Shown here in pieces: positions 39,661 through 49,539 of a DNA stretch of 64,000 nt. This stretch comes from Phycisphaerae bacterium (lineage in GTDB: Bacteria; Planctomycetota; Phycisphaerae; UBA1845; Fen-1342): assembly GCA_963675745.2 (NCBI GenBank), contig CAXXWX010000004.1, forward strand, positions 52,964 to 116,963. Direction: 5' to 3'. The notes beneath the pieces are model-generated. The model worked only from the letters and a program-made list of their open reading frames with translations, was not told the DNA's origin and ran no database searches. A program made the translations under genes and the position numbers. Position 1 is the first letter of the stretch. The number at the start of each line of letters is the position of its first letter.

Positions 39661-40422
39661 TCAGTCCGCGCGCGGCGTGATCACCAGGCGCACCGGCGTA
39701 CCTCTGGCGGGCAACGTGTCCGGGTTGACCTCCAGCCCCACGGTCTCACCGCGATACGGGTTGCCCACGTCTTCCATCAGGTTAAACATCGCCGATGGAT
39801 CGTACCAGAGCGCTACCATCGAGCGCTCGATGTCCGCCATGTACTCCTCGGTCTGCGCATCAGACCCGCTGTAGAAGTACGAACCGGTAAACCCCCAGGT
39901 CAGCCGTTCCGGCGCGCCGCCGCTGCGACGATCGACCAGCAGGTGCTCGATTGGATAGCGCTCCCACGACTCGTCCGGCTGGCGCACATCCAGGTCGAGC
40001 ATAACGGGGGTCGGCTCGTCGGTGCCCGCCCAGTGTCCGGCGGGCGGTTCGGGCAGGCGCGGCGCTCCTTCCGGCCGTTGATCGCCGCTCGCCGCGCTGT
40101 CGGTGCGGTAGTCCCCGCGCAAAGGCGGTGCCAGCGGGCCGGCCTGGTATCCGGCCATCAGCAGGGCGGCGTGAAGCTGTGACGGCCGGCAGTTCAGCAT
40201 GAGAATGCTCTCGTAGTCCTTGCCGCCTTCAGTGACGGCGATGTATTCGAGAATTCCCCGCTCAATGCACACCGTACCGTCAATACACACGACTTTGTCA
40301 CGGTCATTGAGCGTGACGCCGGGAAAGAGCTCGCGCGGGGCGCTCGTTGCCGCGCAGCCACCGAGTCCGACAACAACGGCGGTCAGGAATAGCGCTGGCA
40401 GATTGGCTCGCTTTGCATACAT
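39661..40422 (-). CDS. YdjY-domain-like lipoprotein
   Basis: Lipobox LGGC; LEYIAV..GKDYESIL, LHAALLMAG, WGFTGS, LPARGTPVRL. Confidence 0.7.
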   Translation of the reverse strand: MYAKRANLPALFLTAVVVGLGGCAATSAPRELFPGVTLNDRDKVVCIDGTVCIERGILEYIAVTEGGKDYESILMLNCRPSQLHAALLMAGYQAGPLAPPLRGDYRTDSAASGDQRPEGAPRLPEPPAGHWAGTDEPTPVMLDLDVRQPDESWERYPIEHLLVDRRSGGAPERLTWGFTGSYFYSGSDAQTEEYMADIERSMVALWYDPSAMFNLMEDVGNPYRGETVGLEVNPDTLPARGTPVRLVITPRAD

Positions 40423-40462
40423 GGTTTTTCTCGCGTAGTTGCAGTGGTTGCCGCGCGGCCGA

Positions 40463-40660
40463 TCACCGGTCCCTCCCGGCTGGCGGCGCGGTATCGGGTT
40501 CATTTTCGTCGGTTCGCTCGCATTCGAGGCTGTATTCGCCGCTGAACCAGCGTCCCAGATCCACCCAGCGGCAGCGCTCGCTGCAAAACGGGTACAGCTC
40601 GGGCAGGCCTTGCTCGAATGCAACTTCGCGCTGGCAGATTGCGCAGCGGTAGGTCGGCAT
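40463..40660 (-). CDS. yacG: DNA gyrase inhibitor YacG
   Basis: CAIC...PFCSERCRWVDLGRWFSGEY. Confidence 0.9.
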   Translation of the reverse strand: MPTYRCAICQREVAFEQGLPELYPFCSERCRWVDLGRWFSGEYSLECERTDENEPDTAPPAGRDR

Positions 40661-40842
40661 ATCATGCACTCTGATGACAACACCACAACAACGCCCGGCC
40701 GTCCACGCGTCGTGCGTCGCGGAAGCCACGGCCCGGATTGTACCGCATTCAGCCCGCAGGGCACGCCGGGAGCCGCTACCGTTGTGAGGGCGTGGTGAGT
40801 CCGGTACACTTGGCGTGCTTCGCAGGTGACAGGAGACGCCCA

Positions 40843-41229
40843 ATGGCAGACGAAGAAAAGAAGATCATCGTCGATGACGATTGGAAGGCCGAAGCCCAGA
40901 AGGAAAAGGAACGGCTGGCCAAGGAGGAGGAGCAGGCTCCGACGGGCCCGCTACCCGATCCGAACTTCGCCGAGCTTGTCAACATGATCGCCATGCAGGC
41001 GATGGCCGGCTTCGGCATGCTGGCGGGCCCCGGTGGGCAGCGCATCCCGCCCAATTACGAGATCGCCAAGCACTACATCGACATGCTCCAGGTAATCGAG
41101 GACAAGACCAAGGGCAACCTGACCGACGAAGAGAAGAAACTGCTCGATCAGGTGATGTACGAGTTGCGCATGCAGTTCGTGCAGGTGTCGGGCGGTGGCG
41201 GGGGGGCGCCCCCTGCTGCGGGTCCCTAG
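40843..41229 (+). CDS. DUF1844 domain protein
   Basis: IIVDDDWK, AKHYIDML..KTKGNLTDEE..LRMQFV; AGGAG RBS. Confidence 0.85.
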   Translation: MADEEKKIIVDDDWKAEAQKEKERLAKEEEQAPTGPLPDPNFAELVNMIAMQAMAGFGMLAGPGGQRIPPNYEIAKHYIDMLQVIEDKTKGNLTDEEKKLLDQVMYELRMQFVQVSGGGGGAPPAAGP

Positions 41230-41368
41230 TCGACGAGCGCCTTACCAGCCGGGCGCGCGCCGTGCCGCCTTGACGAACCACGTAGAATTGATTCGGCGCG
41301 ATACGGGCCCGCCGGCGGCGTGACGATAGGTGTTTGCTGCGCCCGACGAATGATGTGACGCCTTAGCG

Positions 41369-42439
41369 ATGACTGCCAAACCACAGGCCACCCCGCCCCG
41401 TGCAAGCGCGCCGGCCATCACGGTCGACACGCAACCCGATCGCGAAGCCCGCAATCCGTTCTTTCGCTGGTCCATGCATGTCGGTTTGCCGTTGGCCCTC
41501 GCGCTGGTGTTCCATGTGTCCGTGCTCGCCACCGCGGCCCTGGTGCGCTTTGCGGTGGTGACCACGCCCGCGATCGAGGTGGGCGAGTACGAGGCCAGCC
41601 TGCACGATGTGGACGTCTCGGGTGGTTTCACCTTCGACGAGACTCCCACATTCGACACCAGCGAAGACATTCAATCGCTCGACGACCTCCAGTTTTCCGA
41701 GATCTCGCCGACCGACCTTACCATCGACGACGCCACCGATATCAGTGATTTTGGTAGCGGCGATTTCGGTTTGGGGTCCGGCGAAGGTGGGGGAATCCTC
41801 GGGCTCGGTGGCGGGGCCGGCGAGGCCGGCAGCGGCGGTCTCGGGAGTGGCCTCGGGCAACGCATGCGCATCGGGAGCGCCGGTGTCTGGAATCTCAACG
41901 TCGCCGCAAACCGGATCATCTACGTCGTCGACTTTTCCGGCTCAATCATCACTGTCGACGAGGATCTCAAACGCGAGCTCAAACGCTCTGTCGGCCGGCT
42001 GCGACCTTCGCAGTCGTTCAACGTGATCCTCTTCTACGGCGAGCGCCGCGCGGTTGCCGACCCGTTCGCGCCGGCGCTGGTGCCGGCCAACGGTGAGAAC
42101 AAGGCGCGCTTCATTGAGTGGATCAGAGCCAAGGCGCCCCAGGGGCGCACCGAGCCGCTCGCCGCCGTCGAGCGGGCCCTCAAGCAACAACCCGAGGCGA
42201 TCTTCTTCTTTTCCGACGGTCGCTTTGAGTCGAGCGTCGTCGACGAGATCACCAGCCTCAACCAGCGCGCCAACGCCCAGATCGTGTGCCTGTTGTTCGA
42301 CGAGGCCGTTTTTGAGGACACGAGCGGTTTGCCGCCCGGCATCAATGACCAGGCACAACGTCTGCGCAATCTGGCCGAGCAGAACAAGGGGCGCGGCAAG
42401 AAGGCGGCGTTCAAGATTGTGACGCTGAAAGATCTGTAA
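41369..42439 (+). CDS. Membrane-anchored vWA-domain protein
   Basis: TM helix with His (ALVFH), acidic/Gly-rich linker, YVVDFSGS, FNVILF, GRTEP, IFFFSDG. Confidence 0.85.
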   Translation: MTAKPQATPPRASAPAITVDTQPDREARNPFFRWSMHVGLPLALALVFHVSVLATAALVRFAVVTTPAIEVGEYEASLHDVDVSGGFTFDETPTFDTSEDIQSLDDLQFSEISPTDLTIDDATDISDFGSGDFGLGSGEGGGILGLGGGAGEAGSGGLGSGLGQRMRIGSAGVWNLNVAANRIIYVVDFSGSIITVDEDLKRELKRSVGRLRPSQSFNVILFYGERRAVADPFAPALVPANGENKARFIEWIRAKAPQGRTEPLAAVERALKQQPEAIFFFSDGRFESSVVDEITSLNQRANAQIVCLLFDEAVFEDTSGLPPGINDQAQRLRNLAEQNKGRGKKAAFKIVTLKDL

Positions 42440-42450
42440 CAGCACTTGCA

Positions 42451-43218
42451 GTGAGGAACCGCATGAACGGTATGCAGCGTACCAGCGTGATCGTGACCAT
42501 GGCCTTGGCGGGTGCTGTGCCGGCGCTGGCCCAGGAGGCCGCTGGCGACTCGAAATCGATCCTGGATATCATCTGGGATGGGATTGAGTGGCCAACCTAT
42601 TTCATCGTGCTAGGGTCGATCGCATCCCTGACGCTGATTGTCGAGCACTTTCTGAGTGTGCGTCGCGGCACGATTGCGCCCGCCGAGCAGGTCAAACAGG
42701 CCAAACAGCTCATCGAGACGCGCAACTTCCGCGAGTGCATGGACGGTCTCAAAAAGAGCAAGACATTCTTTGCGCGGGTGATGACCTCGGCGATGCAACA
42801 CGCGCGCCATGGATTCGACGCGATGCACGAAGCCGCCATCGAGAAGTCCGGCGAAATGGGCGGGGCGATGTTCCGCAAGGTCGAATACCTGAACATCATG
42901 GGTAATCTCGGCCCGCTGCTCGGCCTGCTGGGCACGGTGCTGGGCATGATTGAGGCCTTTGCCGCGATGGGCGAGGGTGGTGGCGGCAGCGACGCCGGCG
43001 GACTGGCCGGCGGGATCAGCAAGGCCCTGGTCAATACCATGCTCGGGCTGGCGCTCGCCATCATTGGATTGGGCTTTTTCGGCGTGTGCCGCAATCGTGT
43101 CGACTCGCTTACGACGTCGGCGACGGTCCAGGTGCTTGACTTGCTCGAGTACTTCCGGCCGGCGGCCAAGCGCGCCAGCCAGCAGGCCGCCCAGCAACCG
43201 GCTCAGGCGGCGAGCTAG
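42451..43218 (+). CDS. exbB: MotA/TolQ/ExbB proton channel
   Basis: GPLLGLLGTVLGMIEAF, LAGGISKALVNTMLGL. Confidence 0.9.
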   Translation: MRNRMNGMQRTSVIVTMALAGAVPALAQEAAGDSKSILDIIWDGIEWPTYFIVLGSIASLTLIVEHFLSVRRGTIAPAEQVKQAKQLIETRNFRECMDGLKKSKTFFARVMTSAMQHARHGFDAMHEAAIEKSGEMGGAMFRKVEYLNIMGNLGPLLGLLGTVLGMIEAFAAMGEGGGGSDAGGLAGGISKALVNTMLGLALAIIGLGFFGVCRNRVDSLTTSATVQVLDLLEYFRPAAKRASQQAAQQPAQAAS

Positions 43219-43241
43219 TACATTTTCCCGGCGCGTCAATG

Positions 43242-43266
43242 GTGTGCCACGGTTATGTGAGCCGTG
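43242..43266. repeat. REP-like palindrome (GTGTGCCAC family)
   Basis: GTGTGCCACGGTTATGTGAGCCGTG, near-identical to 57563-57587. Confidence 0.6.
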
Positions 43267-43330
43267 CGTCTTCGCCGGCACCGAAGTGCGGCACGCAGTC
43301 GTCGGGCTGTCGAACAACTGAGAGCGCAAG

Positions 43331-43810
43331 ATGTTCAAGCCTCCCAAACCAGCAAGCATGTCCTTGAACCTGGCGCCCATGGTGGACGTCATGATGTGCC
43401 TGATCATCTTCTTTCTGCTGGCCAGCGCGCTGATCGACCAGGAGAACTACAAAGACCTGCTGCTGCCCTGGGCGGCGGCGGCCGAGGAAGTGAAGAAGAG
43501 CGAGCTGGGGCGACGTGTGACTGTCAACGTCGTACACGAAGATGGAGCCGAGCCCCGCTATGTCACGGCCGAGTGGGACGGCGAGCAGATTCGCCAGACC
43601 GAGCGGACTCCCGAGGCGATCGAGCGCTTGCTGCTGGAACGCGCGGAGCGCGCCCGCGAAGTCGGAGAAGAGCTGCGTTGCATCATCCGCGCTGACGCCG
43701 AAGCCACCTACGCCGACGTGGAGGCCGTCCTGCGTGCCGCCGGACAGGCCCAGATAGCCAAGATCGTATTCTCCGCCAACCACGGCGTCGGGCCGGAGGG
43801 CGGATCATGA
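43331..43810 (+). CDS. exbD: ExbD/TolR family protein
   Basis: NLAPMVDVMMCLIIFFLL; IIRAD. Confidence 0.9.
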   Translation: MFKPPKPASMSLNLAPMVDVMMCLIIFFLLASALIDQENYKDLLLPWAAAAEEVKKSELGRRVTVNVVHEDGAEPRYVTAEWDGEQIRQTERTPEAIERLLLERAERAREVGEELRCIIRADAEATYADVEAVLRAAGQAQIAKIVFSANHGVGPEGGS

Positions 43811-44262
43811 GCCGGAATCGCATGGAAGGCGGCGGCGAAGCCTGTCCCAACATGGCCCCGTTGGTTGACGTCGTGATGGTCCTGCTGGTTTTCTTCCTGC
43901 TGAACGTCTCGATTCAGTTCGCCGAAGAGGGCATTCTACAAACGGAGCTCGACCCCAGCAGCGGGCCGGGCGAAGGTGTGGCCGTTGCGCTTAATCCGAC
44001 GATCCAGATCGCGCTGGAGGACGTGCGCGACGGTGAAGGCTGCAATATCTACGTCATGGAAGAGCCGCTCGACGGGAATTCATTCGACGACCTGTTGAGC
44101 TTCATGGCGGCGCGCAAGCGACTCGGCGCGGACACCACGAACGCGGTCGTCATCGGGGCGGGGATGAGCGTCCGCTGGAAATACGTCGTCAAGGCCATGG
44201 ATGCGACCGTCCGCGCCGGTTTCAGGAACGTGCAGTTTGCCGTGAGCTTTGACGACACGTAA
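43807..44262 (+). CDS. exbD: ExbD/TolR family protein (second copy)
   Basis: NMAPLVDVVMVLLVFFLL; ATGA overlap with the previous gene. Confidence 0.9.
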   Translation: MSRNRMEGGGEACPNMAPLVDVVMVLLVFFLLNVSIQFAEEGILQTELDPSSGPGEGVAVALNPTIQIALEDVRDGEGCNIYVMEEPLDGNSFDDLLSFMAARKRLGADTTNAVVIGAGMSVRWKYVVKAMDATVRAGFRNVQFAVSFDDT

Positions 44263-44288
44263 CCACTCGCGCCCCCAAGGCGGAACCG

Positions 44289-47138
44289 ATGATCCGATGC
44301 ATGTTGATAGGTGCTCTCGTGGCCATGTTCGGCGCCGCGGCTCCGGTCGTGGCCCAGGATCAGCCGTCTGACGAGATCGCCGAACTCGTCGAGGCCGGCA
44401 AAGGTAGCCGGCTCGAGCGGCAATTGAACGGCGGTAGGACCGCGCGTGATTACGGGCTGTTGGCCAAGGCCTACGAGAACCAGGGCCGGCGCGAACGTCT
44501 GCCGGAAGATCGCGAGGCGGCTTACGTCAAATCCGCGGAGTATTACAAGAAGTGGACTGTGGCGCTGGAGAAGTCCGCCACGCTTCAGCCGCTCGAACAC
44601 CGGGCCCAGCGCGTCGCCGCACACCTGGGCTATGCGAGCATGGTGCTGTCCGGCTGGGCGGATCAGGACCTGCGCTACTACGAAATCACCGACGGGCGCG
44701 GGGGAGCGCCGGAGTCGCTGCTGACCAAGCTGCGCCTGGCCGATGAGCAATACGCCGAAGCCTGGAAAACACTCAAACCGCTGCTCGATGAACGTGATGC
44801 CCGCGAAGACGAATACTACGCGTTGGGCATCTACGACCTGGTACAGACTCAGCGGCTCGACATAGCGCTGGCGCGCAGTTGGACGAACTACTACCTGGGG
44901 TTGCTCGAACCCGAGAAGCCGACGCGCGACCAGGCGCTGCAGCGGGCGAGCGCCGGTTTTCGCGAACTGCTCGATTCGGCGTTCGCCGGGCAGATGATTT
45001 ACCAGTGTTACCTGGGGCTCGGCATGACGCTGGCCGAGCTCGGCGAATACGACGAGGCGGCGCGCGCCTTCGGCAACATTCCGCAGTACGACCCGGGTGC
45101 GGATGACGCTGACAGCGACGCGAGCATCGACCTGCGCGTGCGCGTGCGTTACGAGCTTGCGCGCATGTATCTCAAGACCGGCGCATACGACGATGCGCGT
45201 GAGGTGCTCGAACCTCTGCTCGAACGCGATGTCAACAACCTCAGCGATGAGGAGCGTCGCGCGGCGTTTTATTTCAATCTGGCCCCGCTGCTCGAAGCGG
45301 GCAGCTATCTGACGGAGGCCGATGAGATCCGGCGTGAGGCGGAGGGCCATCTCTCGGAGCGCTCGCTGCGCAAGCAGGCCGAGCGCACGCGCGCGCGTGG
45401 GTTGAGCAAGCTGCACCACCTGGCACAGCGTGGCAAGTCGTGGCCGGCGATAGTGCAGACCTACATCGCGGCCAGCGTGCCCGAGGATGCCGATCCGAAG
45501 ACGTTGTCGCCGGCCGAGTTGTTGTACTCCGCACGCGCTCTCGGCGCGGCGGGCAAACAGATGCGCGCGATCGAGCGTCTGCGCGAGGCGGCCGGCCGGG
45601 ATGACCTGGATGAAACGCTGGCCGGCGAGGTGCTGTTTGATCTGGGCGTGGCGCAATACAGGCGGTCGGACCTGCGTTCGGCGGCTGAGTCGTTCGAGCG
45701 GGTGGCCCGTGAGTTCAAGGAGCACCCCAAAGCCTCCGACGCGGCCGGCCACGCCTACCAGCTTTGGGCCAAGGTCGCCACCGAAAGCGGCAAGCCTGAC
45801 GACTATGCCCGGCTGGCGGATACGCTGCTGGAACTGCTCGAGACCTTCCCGCAGCATCCACACCGCCGCGAAGCCCAGTGGTGGTTGCCGGTAGCGCTCC
45901 AATCGGCCGGGCGGCTCGACGACGCCGTCCGCGAATTCGGCAAGATCCCGCCGCGCTCGCCACACTGGGAAGAATCCCAGTTCCGGCGCGCGCTTTGCGC
46001 GCGTCTGGCGGTCGAGCAAAAGCGCGACAAGCTATCGGCCGACGAGTATCGCCAGCGGGCGCTCGACGCCGTTACGCTGCTGACCGAGTACGCCGACGAG
46101 GCGCTCATACGGGCGGCGGCGGGCGGCGAAGCGACGGACGCCGGAAAGTGGGCGGCCCATGCGATAGTCAACGCCGCCGAGCTGCTGGCGTCGCAGGAGA
46201 TCGGCGACTATGCCCGGGCGCTCGCCACCATCGAGGGCTTTGAGGACAAACACCCGGACAGCGATCTTGTTGGACGCGTGCTGGGTGTGCGCATCCGCGC
46301 CTATCGCGGCGCGCGCGAGTTCGAGCGGGCGGCCGCGATTCTGGACGAGTACTTGAGCAGCGTGCCCGCCGAACGCGCCGGAGCTGTGCTGACGTTATTG
46401 GCGGCCGGCATGCAGGAGGAGGTGGAGCGGCTGATCGATGCCGGGCGCCGGGACGATGCGCGTGAATTGGCCGCCGAGGCCGTGACCACCTTCGAGCAAC
46501 TGCTGAATTGGTGCGAAGTTGATGAGTCGCGCCGGCAGAATCTCGGCGTGGTTCGGTCCGGGCTTGCGCGCGTTCAATACCTGGCCGGCAACTACGATGC
46601 GGCGTCCGAGCTGGCGACGGAGTTGCTCAAGGAAAATCCGCGCAGCGGCAATTACCAGCGTCTGATGGCACAGATTCTGACAGCGCGGCTGAGCGACACG
46701 CCGTCCGACGCCGAGCTGGCCCAAGCCAGGGCCGCGTGGGAGACGCTGCTGCGCGACGGTGGCCTGCGCAAGCGGGCGCCGCAGCAGTATTGGGAGGCAC
46801 GCTACAACTGGCTCAACCTGAAGCTGCGCGCGGGGCAAGCCGCCGAGGTTAAGACCGGCCTGACCCAGGAGCGCGTATGGAGCCCGGCGTTGGGTGGTCC
46901 GCCCTGGAAGGACCTGCTCGAAGGTTTGCTATGGCGAGCGCGACACGCGTGGTTCGCCGGTCTGGCCCAGGCCGCGGACAAGACCGCGCTCCGGGAGGCG
47001 GTTTACGAAGCCCGGGCCTGGCGCGATGAGGCCGGCGGCGGCGAGTGGAAACAGAAGATCGAGGCGCTGCGCGTTGCCGCTGCGGAGCATTTAGGTATCG
47101 ACCCGGAAGTCGGCGCCGAACAGGATGTTCCGGATTGA
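44289..47138 (+). CDS. Large exported TPR-repeat protein
   Basis: Signal peptide; repeated helical YLGLG..A / LFDLGVAQY..AAESF motifs. Confidence 0.8.
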   Translation: MIRCMLIGALVAMFGAAAPVVAQDQPSDEIAELVEAGKGSRLERQLNGGRTARDYGLLAKAYENQGRRERLPEDREAAYVKSAEYYKKWTVALEKSATLQPLEHRAQRVAAHLGYASMVLSGWADQDLRYYEITDGRGGAPESLLTKLRLADEQYAEAWKTLKPLLDERDAREDEYYALGIYDLVQTQRLDIALARSWTNYYLGLLEPEKPTRDQALQRASAGFRELLDSAFAGQMIYQCYLGLGMTLAELGEYDEAARAFGNIPQYDPGADDADSDASIDLRVRVRYELARMYLKTGAYDDAREVLEPLLERDVNNLSDEERRAAFYFNLAPLLEAGSYLTEADEIRREAEGHLSERSLRKQAERTRARGLSKLHHLAQRGKSWPAIVQTYIAASVPEDADPKTLSPAELLYSARALGAAGKQMRAIERLREAAGRDDLDETLAGEVLFDLGVAQYRRSDLRSAAESFERVAREFKEHPKASDAAGHAYQLWAKVATESGKPDDYARLADTLLELLETFPQHPHRREAQWWLPVALQSAGRLDDAVREFGKIPPRSPHWEESQFRRALCARLAVEQKRDKLSADEYRQRALDAVTLLTEYADEALIRAAAGGEATDAGKWAAHAIVNAAELLASQEIGDYARALATIEGFEDKHPDSDLVGRVLGVRIRAYRGAREFERAAAILDEYLSSVPAERAGAVLTLLAAGMQEEVERLIDAGRRDDARELAAEAVTTFEQLLNWCEVDESRRQNLGVVRSGLARVQYLAGNYDAASELATELLKENPRSGNYQRLMAQILTARLSDTPSDAELAQARAAWETLLRDGGLRKRAPQQYWEARYNWLNLKLRAGQAAEVKTGLTQERVWSPALGGPPWKDLLEGLLWRARHAWFAGLAQAADKTALREAVYEARAWRDEAGGGEWKQKIEALRVAAAEHLGIDPEVGAEQDVPD

Positions 47139-47174
47139 CAGCGTCGGGCGCGCTGCCCGCGGGAAACGGACGCG

Positions 47175-49256
47175 ATGAGCGGCTTTAGAATCGTCAGTGA
47201 CTTTGAGCCCAAGGGCGATCAGCCGCAGGCAATTGACCGGCTGGTCGAGAGCTTCCAGCGCAACGTCCCGCATCAGACGCTCCTGGGCGTCACCGGCTCG
47301 GGAAAAACGTTCACAATGGCCCACGTCATCGCCCGGCTGGGCCAGCCCGCGCTGGTGCTCTCACACAACAAGACGCTCGCGGCGCAGCTCTATGAGGAGC
47401 TCAAGGAGATCTTCCCGCACAACGCCGTCGAGTATTTCGTCAGTTATTACGACTACTACCAGCCCGAAGCGTACATTCCGCAGCGCGACATCTATATCGA
47501 AAAAGACGCCTCGCGCAACGACGACCTGGACCGGTTGCGCCTGGCGGCCACCAGTGCGATCGTGTCTCGTCGCGACACGGTCATCGTCGCCAGCGTGTCG
47601 TGCATCTTCGGCCTGGGGTCACCCGACGAGTACAAGGCCAGTGTCGTGCAGGTCCGCGTCGGCGACACGGTCGAGCGCGATGAATTGCTGCGCAAGTTTG
47701 TGCGGCTGCAATACGAACGGGCCCAGGTAGAACTCAAACGCGGGTCATTCCGCGTGCGCGGCGACGTGGTCGAGCTCTATCCGGCCGATGAGGAATATTG
47801 CATTCGCATCGAGATGTTCGGCGACGAGATCGAGCGCGTCTCGCTGACACACCCGCTCACCGGCAACGTGCTCCAGCAGCGCGATCACGTGTTTATCTAC
47901 CCGGCCGTGCACTACGTCATGCCCGAGGACAGCGTCGAAGAGGCTTGCCAGACCATCTCGCAGGAGCTCGACGAGCGCGTCATGCAACTGCGTCATCAGG
48001 GCAAGCTGCTGGAGGCGCAGCGGCTGCTGGCCCGCACAAAGTACGACATGGAGATGCTGCGCGAGGTCGGGTATTGCAGCGGTATCGAAAACTACTCGCG
48101 CCATCTGAATCAGACGCCGCCCGGAGCCAAGCCCTATACGCTGGTCGATTACTTCCCCGAGGACTTCCTCCTGATCATCGACGAGTCGCACGTCACGATT
48201 CCGCAGGTCGGCGCGATGTACAACGGCGACCGGGCGCGCAAGGAGACGCTGGTCGAGCACGGATTCCGGCTGCCCAGCGCGCTCGACAATCGGCCAATGC
48301 GCTTCGAGGAGTTTCAGGCCATGTGGCACCGCGTGCTGTTCACCAGCGCGACACCGGGGCCTTTCGAGCTGGACCTGTGCAAAGGTGAGGTGGTTGAGCA
48401 GATCATCCGGCCGACCGGCCTGGTGGATCCGGAAGTGGTCATCTCCCCGGCGCGCGGGCAGGTGCCAGACTTGCTCGAACGCATCGGCCGGCGCGAGGCG
48501 GCCGGCCAGCGCGTGCTGGTGACGACGCTGACCAAGCGGCTGGCCGAGGATCTCTCCAGCTATATCCAACAGGCCGGCTATCGTGGCCGCTATCTCCACA
48601 GCGAGATCGACACGCTCGAACGCGTTGAGATATTGCGTGAGTTGCGGCTGGGCAGCTTTGACGTGCTGGTCGGCGTGAATCTGCTGCGCGAAGGGTTGGA
48701 CCTGCCGGAGGTGTCGCTCGTCGCCATCCTCGACGCGGACAAGGAGGGTTTCCTGCGCTCCGCCACGTCGTTGATTCAGATGATCGGCCGCTGCGCGCGC
48801 AACGTGGATGCCACCGTCGTGCTGTATGCCGACAAGGTTACGGCGGCGATGCAAAAGGCGATCGACGAAACCAGCCGGCGGCGCAAGACGCAACTGGAGT
48901 ACAACGAAAAACACGGCATCACGCCGGACACCGTCCGTAAGGCGATCCGCAACAGCCTGATCGGCGAGTTGGCGGCGATGCGCCGCGTGCGCGAGGCGGT
49001 GCATGCCGACGAAGGCGAGTACGACCGCGATGAGCTGGTGACCGAACTCGAGCGCGAGATGCTCCAGGCCGCCGAGGAGCTTGATTTTGAAAAGGCTGCC
49101 GCCCTCCGCGACCACATCAAGGAATTGAAGGAATCGCCGGAGCTGAAGGTGTCGGCGTCACAGGCCCGGCCGAAGTCCCCGACCAAGCGCGGCAAGCCGG
49201 ACGAGAACTGGAAGCCACGCGGCCAGCATCGGCGACCGCAGAAGAAAAAGCACTGA
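47175..49256 (+). CDS. uvrB: Excinuclease ABC subunit B
   Basis: GDQPQAI, GVTGSGKT, YYDYYQPEAY, DESH, GFRLPSA, NLLREGLDLPEV, UVR domain. Confidence 0.97.
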   Translation: MSGFRIVSDFEPKGDQPQAIDRLVESFQRNVPHQTLLGVTGSGKTFTMAHVIARLGQPALVLSHNKTLAAQLYEELKEIFPHNAVEYFVSYYDYYQPEAYIPQRDIYIEKDASRNDDLDRLRLAATSAIVSRRDTVIVASVSCIFGLGSPDEYKASVVQVRVGDTVERDELLRKFVRLQYERAQVELKRGSFRVRGDVVELYPADEEYCIRIEMFGDEIERVSLTHPLTGNVLQQRDHVFIYPAVHYVMPEDSVEEACQTISQELDERVMQLRHQGKLLEAQRLLARTKYDMEMLREVGYCSGIENYSRHLNQTPPGAKPYTLVDYFPEDFLLIIDESHVTIPQVGAMYNGDRARKETLVEHGFRLPSALDNRPMRFEEFQAMWHRVLFTSATPGPFELDLCKGEVVEQIIRPTGLVDPEVVISPARGQVPDLLERIGRREAAGQRVLVTTLTKRLAEDLSSYIQQAGYRGRYLHSEIDTLERVEILRELRLGSFDVLVGVNLLREGLDLPEVSLVAILDADKEGFLRSATSLIQMIGRCARNVDATVVLYADKVTAAMQKAIDETSRRRKTQLEYNEKHGITPDTVRKAIRNSLIGELAAMRRVREAVHADEGEYDRDELVTELEREMLQAAEELDFEKAAALRDHIKELKESPELKVSASQARPKSPTKRGKPDENWKPRGQHRRPQKKKH

Positions 49257-49345
49257 GCGGTGTACCCTCGTTGGAATCTGGGGCCTAATGACGGGGCTGT
49301 GTCACAACCGCCGGGTGATCTCCCCTTGGCTGTTCCTGCCTGACT

Positions 49346-49531
49346 TGCCCCGCAGGGGCATCTGAATCCAGCCCAGCACGTAGTGCTGGGTTTGGATCGC
49401 CTGCGCAGCCACCAAGTCCCGCACGGGACGGCTGAAAGCTCAGCCGTCCCGGTGGGACTCGTGTTGTCACATGGCCACGATTGCCCCAGCACTTCGTGCT
49501 GGGCTATGTTCACTTCATCCCGGTGGGATGA
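49346..49531. repeat. Composite palindromic element (REP/PATE-like)
   Basis: Hairpins TGCCCCGCAGGGGCA, CCCAGCACGTAGTGCTGGG, central GGGACGGCTGA-aagc-TCAGCCGTCCC, CCCAGCACTTCGTGCTGGG, TCATCCCGGTGGGATGA. Confidence 0.72.
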
Positions 49532-49539
49532 GGCGGCTG

